A DNA stretch of 55,727 nucleotides, filler included, from Sluysia triapertura (taxonomy: Eukaryota), in the NCBI GenBank assembly GCA_046118255.1. It is 4 parts of 4 records of this genome, joined end to end, with 100 filler letters (N's around TTAATTAATTAA, not from the genome) between each part and the next. Parts side by side here need not be neighbours in the genome. Positions count along the whole stretch, not along the records: positions 39,670 to 55,727 come from JBJNIA010211698.1; 3 more parts are not named here. One strand, 5' to 3'. The notes under the pieces are model-generated. The model had not been told where the DNA came from. It searched no databases and saw nothing but the letters and a program-made list of their open reading frames with translations. This document shows positions 52,888-55,727 of the stretch, piece after piece; the first letter of the stretch is position 1; the number at the start of each line of letters is the position of its first letter. The position numbers and the translations under genes are program-made.

Positions 52888-54345
52888 AAGAGAGATGTCG
52901 CAGTATTTATAGTTTGTAGCAGCATCATTAGGAAAAGAGACTCAGCTGTTTGATGTGTTTCTAGAGAAGTGAAATTTGCACGCCTCTTGTTGCCTCTGCT
53001 TCCGTCGAATTTCAACTTGAACATCTCATTGATACATCATCATCATTCTCGTACTTACTTGCCTAGTAGATTGTATTAAATTTTTAATTTGATATATTAC
53101 TCAGTGACACCGCCAATCTCAATCAAAATTTCAATGTCAAACTCCACCTCAGTAATTTTTTAGGTGTTTTTTCAGTACATTTATAATGTGTTTTGAGATT
53201 TGTTTGTTTTTTAATTAAATTTAGTAAACCAATACCTTCAAATTTATCAGCGTAATGGAATAAATGGAAACTGTAATGATTCAATTATAGAATAACCTGG
53301 GATTTGCATTAGGCACTTAATCATGTTAAAGTCTGCATAACAAAAATAAATTTATACTAATTTAAAAGTGCAATTTTCCGGTATCTTATTGATGTAGTTT
53401 TAATAAAGTGAAGTCGATTCTGATTAATACTAAATGAAATGACGTATATTTAGCCAGGTTTACTAGAGAAACAGTTCTTAAGATAGATTTTTGCTTGGTT
53501 AATCAGAAATGTAAGTTATACGGTACTACAGTATGTTTTATATCTTACAACAATCCAGCTTTGTACGACTTGTGTAAGAGTGTAAATAAAGCTTTATAAC
53601 CATGGTGCTTTGAAGGTTCTTTGGTTATCGAAGGACAGTACAATGATATATTGTAGTGAAGTGCTTTCTTAAACATGTAATCATCATAAGTATTTTGTGT
53701 GTTGTTATTAATCACTACTGTTCTAGTTTCAGCTAGAACCTACTTGACGCAAAAGGATTTTTAGAAAATTCAATCAAGGGATCACATACAGGATTTTTAA
53801 GGATTAATGAAAGTTCTTTTGATTCAGCAACATAACTTGAATAAATTTTAACTAAATATTTTCCATATTCTAATTCTTTAGGATTCTATGTGATACAAGT
53901 ACTAGAAATCGCGTAAAATTTTAAGGAACTTCGTCTTGTTTTTCTAGTATATTTTTCTAGCAGTATATAACACAGTGTATACTGTTCAAGATTGACATTT
54001 AGCTCTTCCACATCTTCCATGCATTAAGATCATTTTTCAATGACCTGTTCTAATATTATTTTTAAATGTAGCTTGTTGATATGAGTGTTTACTTTGTATG
54101 TATATCCAACAAGTAATTCATTTTTAATTTAAATTTTTACAATTGTTTATTTCCTTAATATCTTATGTAAAAGTAATCTTAAGGAATATATTCTTATTTA
54201 CATTATCAATACTGAATCAATAGTAACTTTTGAACATCACTTTTTCAGTTTGAAAAATGTATACCAGAAAATAAAAATTGATACACTTATACAATAAACT
54301 GAAATTAATCACCGATGCACTCATTTTACTGGTGCATTGCTTCCT

Positions 54346-54714
54346 CTAACCTGCATGAGGACTTCGGAACCACTTATTTTCCAAATAGTTTTTATCGTGA
54401 CATGGTTTGAAAGCAGCCTTAAATTCTTCAAATAAAGGCATAAATTTCTGAGGTTCTAATTCCATTTTTTCAGATTTCGTGTTCGAATTTTCAATAAACT
54501 CTTTAATTCGTTTTGGTAATATATCAGTTTTACTATTACTGTCTTTCTTACTACTTGCGTTTTTGCAGCTACACTCTTTATTCATCATATTCTTTACAAA
54601 TTCATCATCGTCGTCATCATCAAAATCCATTGGACTAATTCTGCTCAACCAAATGTTTGGATCCCATTTAAAATTATTCATATCGATTTTACAAATAGAT
54701 TTTATATTTTTCAT
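54346..54714 (-). CDS. Hypothetical protein fragment (acidic D-run), unassigned
   Basis: 122-codon ORF with protein-like composition, embedded in degenerate coding-like sequence. Confidence 0.3.
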   Translation of the reverse strand: MKNIKSICKIDMNNFKWDPNIWLSRISPMDFDDDDDDEFVKNMMNKECSCKNASSKKDSNSKTDILPKRIKEFIENSNTKSEKMELEPQKFMPLFEEFKAAFKPCHDKNYLENKWFRSPHAG

Positions 54715-55671
54715 TCAAATTTCATTTTTGGACCATTTTTTATCACAAAATATTTAATGTAAAATATCGAAATCATTTAATTAGGGATCAAAATTGAAGA
54801 TGACAAAAATATTAGAATTTTGTAATATTTTATTGTACACACAAATCACCGAACTTCCAGTTGTCACTGCAATATATAAATGAACTGTTTGTACTCCTAC
54901 AAAAATGATTATTTGATAAACGTCCAAAGGTGTAACTAAGATATGAAAAAGGACAAAAATCATTTGAAACATTGTTATACGTTTTATAAATCGTATTAAG
55001 GTAAAAAATTAATGTGAAACACTAAAAATTACGATAATTCATTTCGTAATCAACAATAATGAAAAGTTAATTAAATATTCATACATTTCAAAAAATAAAT
55101 TCAAAATAGAATGGTATAGTTAAACAAAATTTAAATAAATAAATAAAAATTATACACAAGCAAGGACTATTGAAAACATTTTTAAACCTTAACGAATTTC
55201 ATAATTTAGCTGTCTTTATTAATATTTTTAATTGACCGTATTTATATTAATAAATCACTTTAGCCAGATTAATAATTATATTAATATATTAATTTGCGAA
55301 AGTACTCAAAAGCGCTTAAGGTAAAGTAATTTTACCACTAAGGACTCCATAGAAAGCAATAAAAGAGGAAAAATAATCGATTGTCAATATATCAATAACA
55401 TGGATGAGTAACTATTGTAAATAATTTATAAAAACAACGAAAGAAGTTAAACATCATAATATAACTTCTGATACAATGCTACCAAAAATAGATTCCAATA
55501 AAAATTGAATGCTTTTATTGTAGTCGTGTTCGTGATTTTTTTAACTCGAATTGGAACATGAAATGCATGTTGTATTAATTAATTTTGCGAGAGTAAGAAA
55601 AAACTAGCAATAATGAATGATCATTTTTGGAATTGAAGAATACATTAGATTTATTGTTAGACTTCGTAAAA

Positions 55672-55727
55672 TGGACTGACCGGGGATCGAACCCGGGACC
55701 ATCGTCTGCGCAGTCCGACTGCTCTAC
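55672..55727 (-). tRNA. tRNA or tRNA-like gene, 5' end outside the window, anticodon arm irregular
   Basis: Minus strand GTAGAGC...TGGTC-CCGGG-TTCGATC-CCCGG-TCAGTCC-A followed by TTTT. The T-arm/B-box is perfect and the T-run fits a Pol III terminator. Confidence 0.75.

Noticed and set aside
54825-54935. SCYL/kinase-like LSNNHFC...DNWKFGD fragment
   Set aside because: Too short and ends in a stop, so it cannot be assigned by eye.

Overview
This is a very AT-rich, intron-containing eukaryotic window, almost certainly from an animal with a compact genome (several introns are only 32-37 nt). It is split by four assembly gaps, three of which carry an artificial TTAATTAATTAA linker. Apparently genuine spliced genes are an M6/proteolipid-family tetraspan gene (minus strand), the last exon of a KCC-type SLC12 cotransporter, a MAP9/CCDC34-like coiled-coil gene, a CFAP97-domain gene, and a tRNA-like Pol III gene cut by the window edge. 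Mobile DNA comprises a decayed Buster-type hAT element with both TIRs and a TSD, a Tigger/pogo remnant and two Ty3/Gypsy pol remnants. Two things stand out in the accessory DNA. First, a dispersed family of at least 7 GC-rich ~55-nt hairpins has stems that differ in sequence but keep pairing, while flanking motifs stay similar, which points to an unannotated structured element. Second, there is an unusual density of isolated host-gene fragments (ACSBG, two Unkempt-type CCCH fingers, Rab32/38/29, SAM, Dopey, the last exon of IDH). Several are fused into long novel ORFs or preceded by CCAAT-rich modules, which suggests a gene-fragment-capturing element. All homology calls come from motif recognition by eye, not from database searches.
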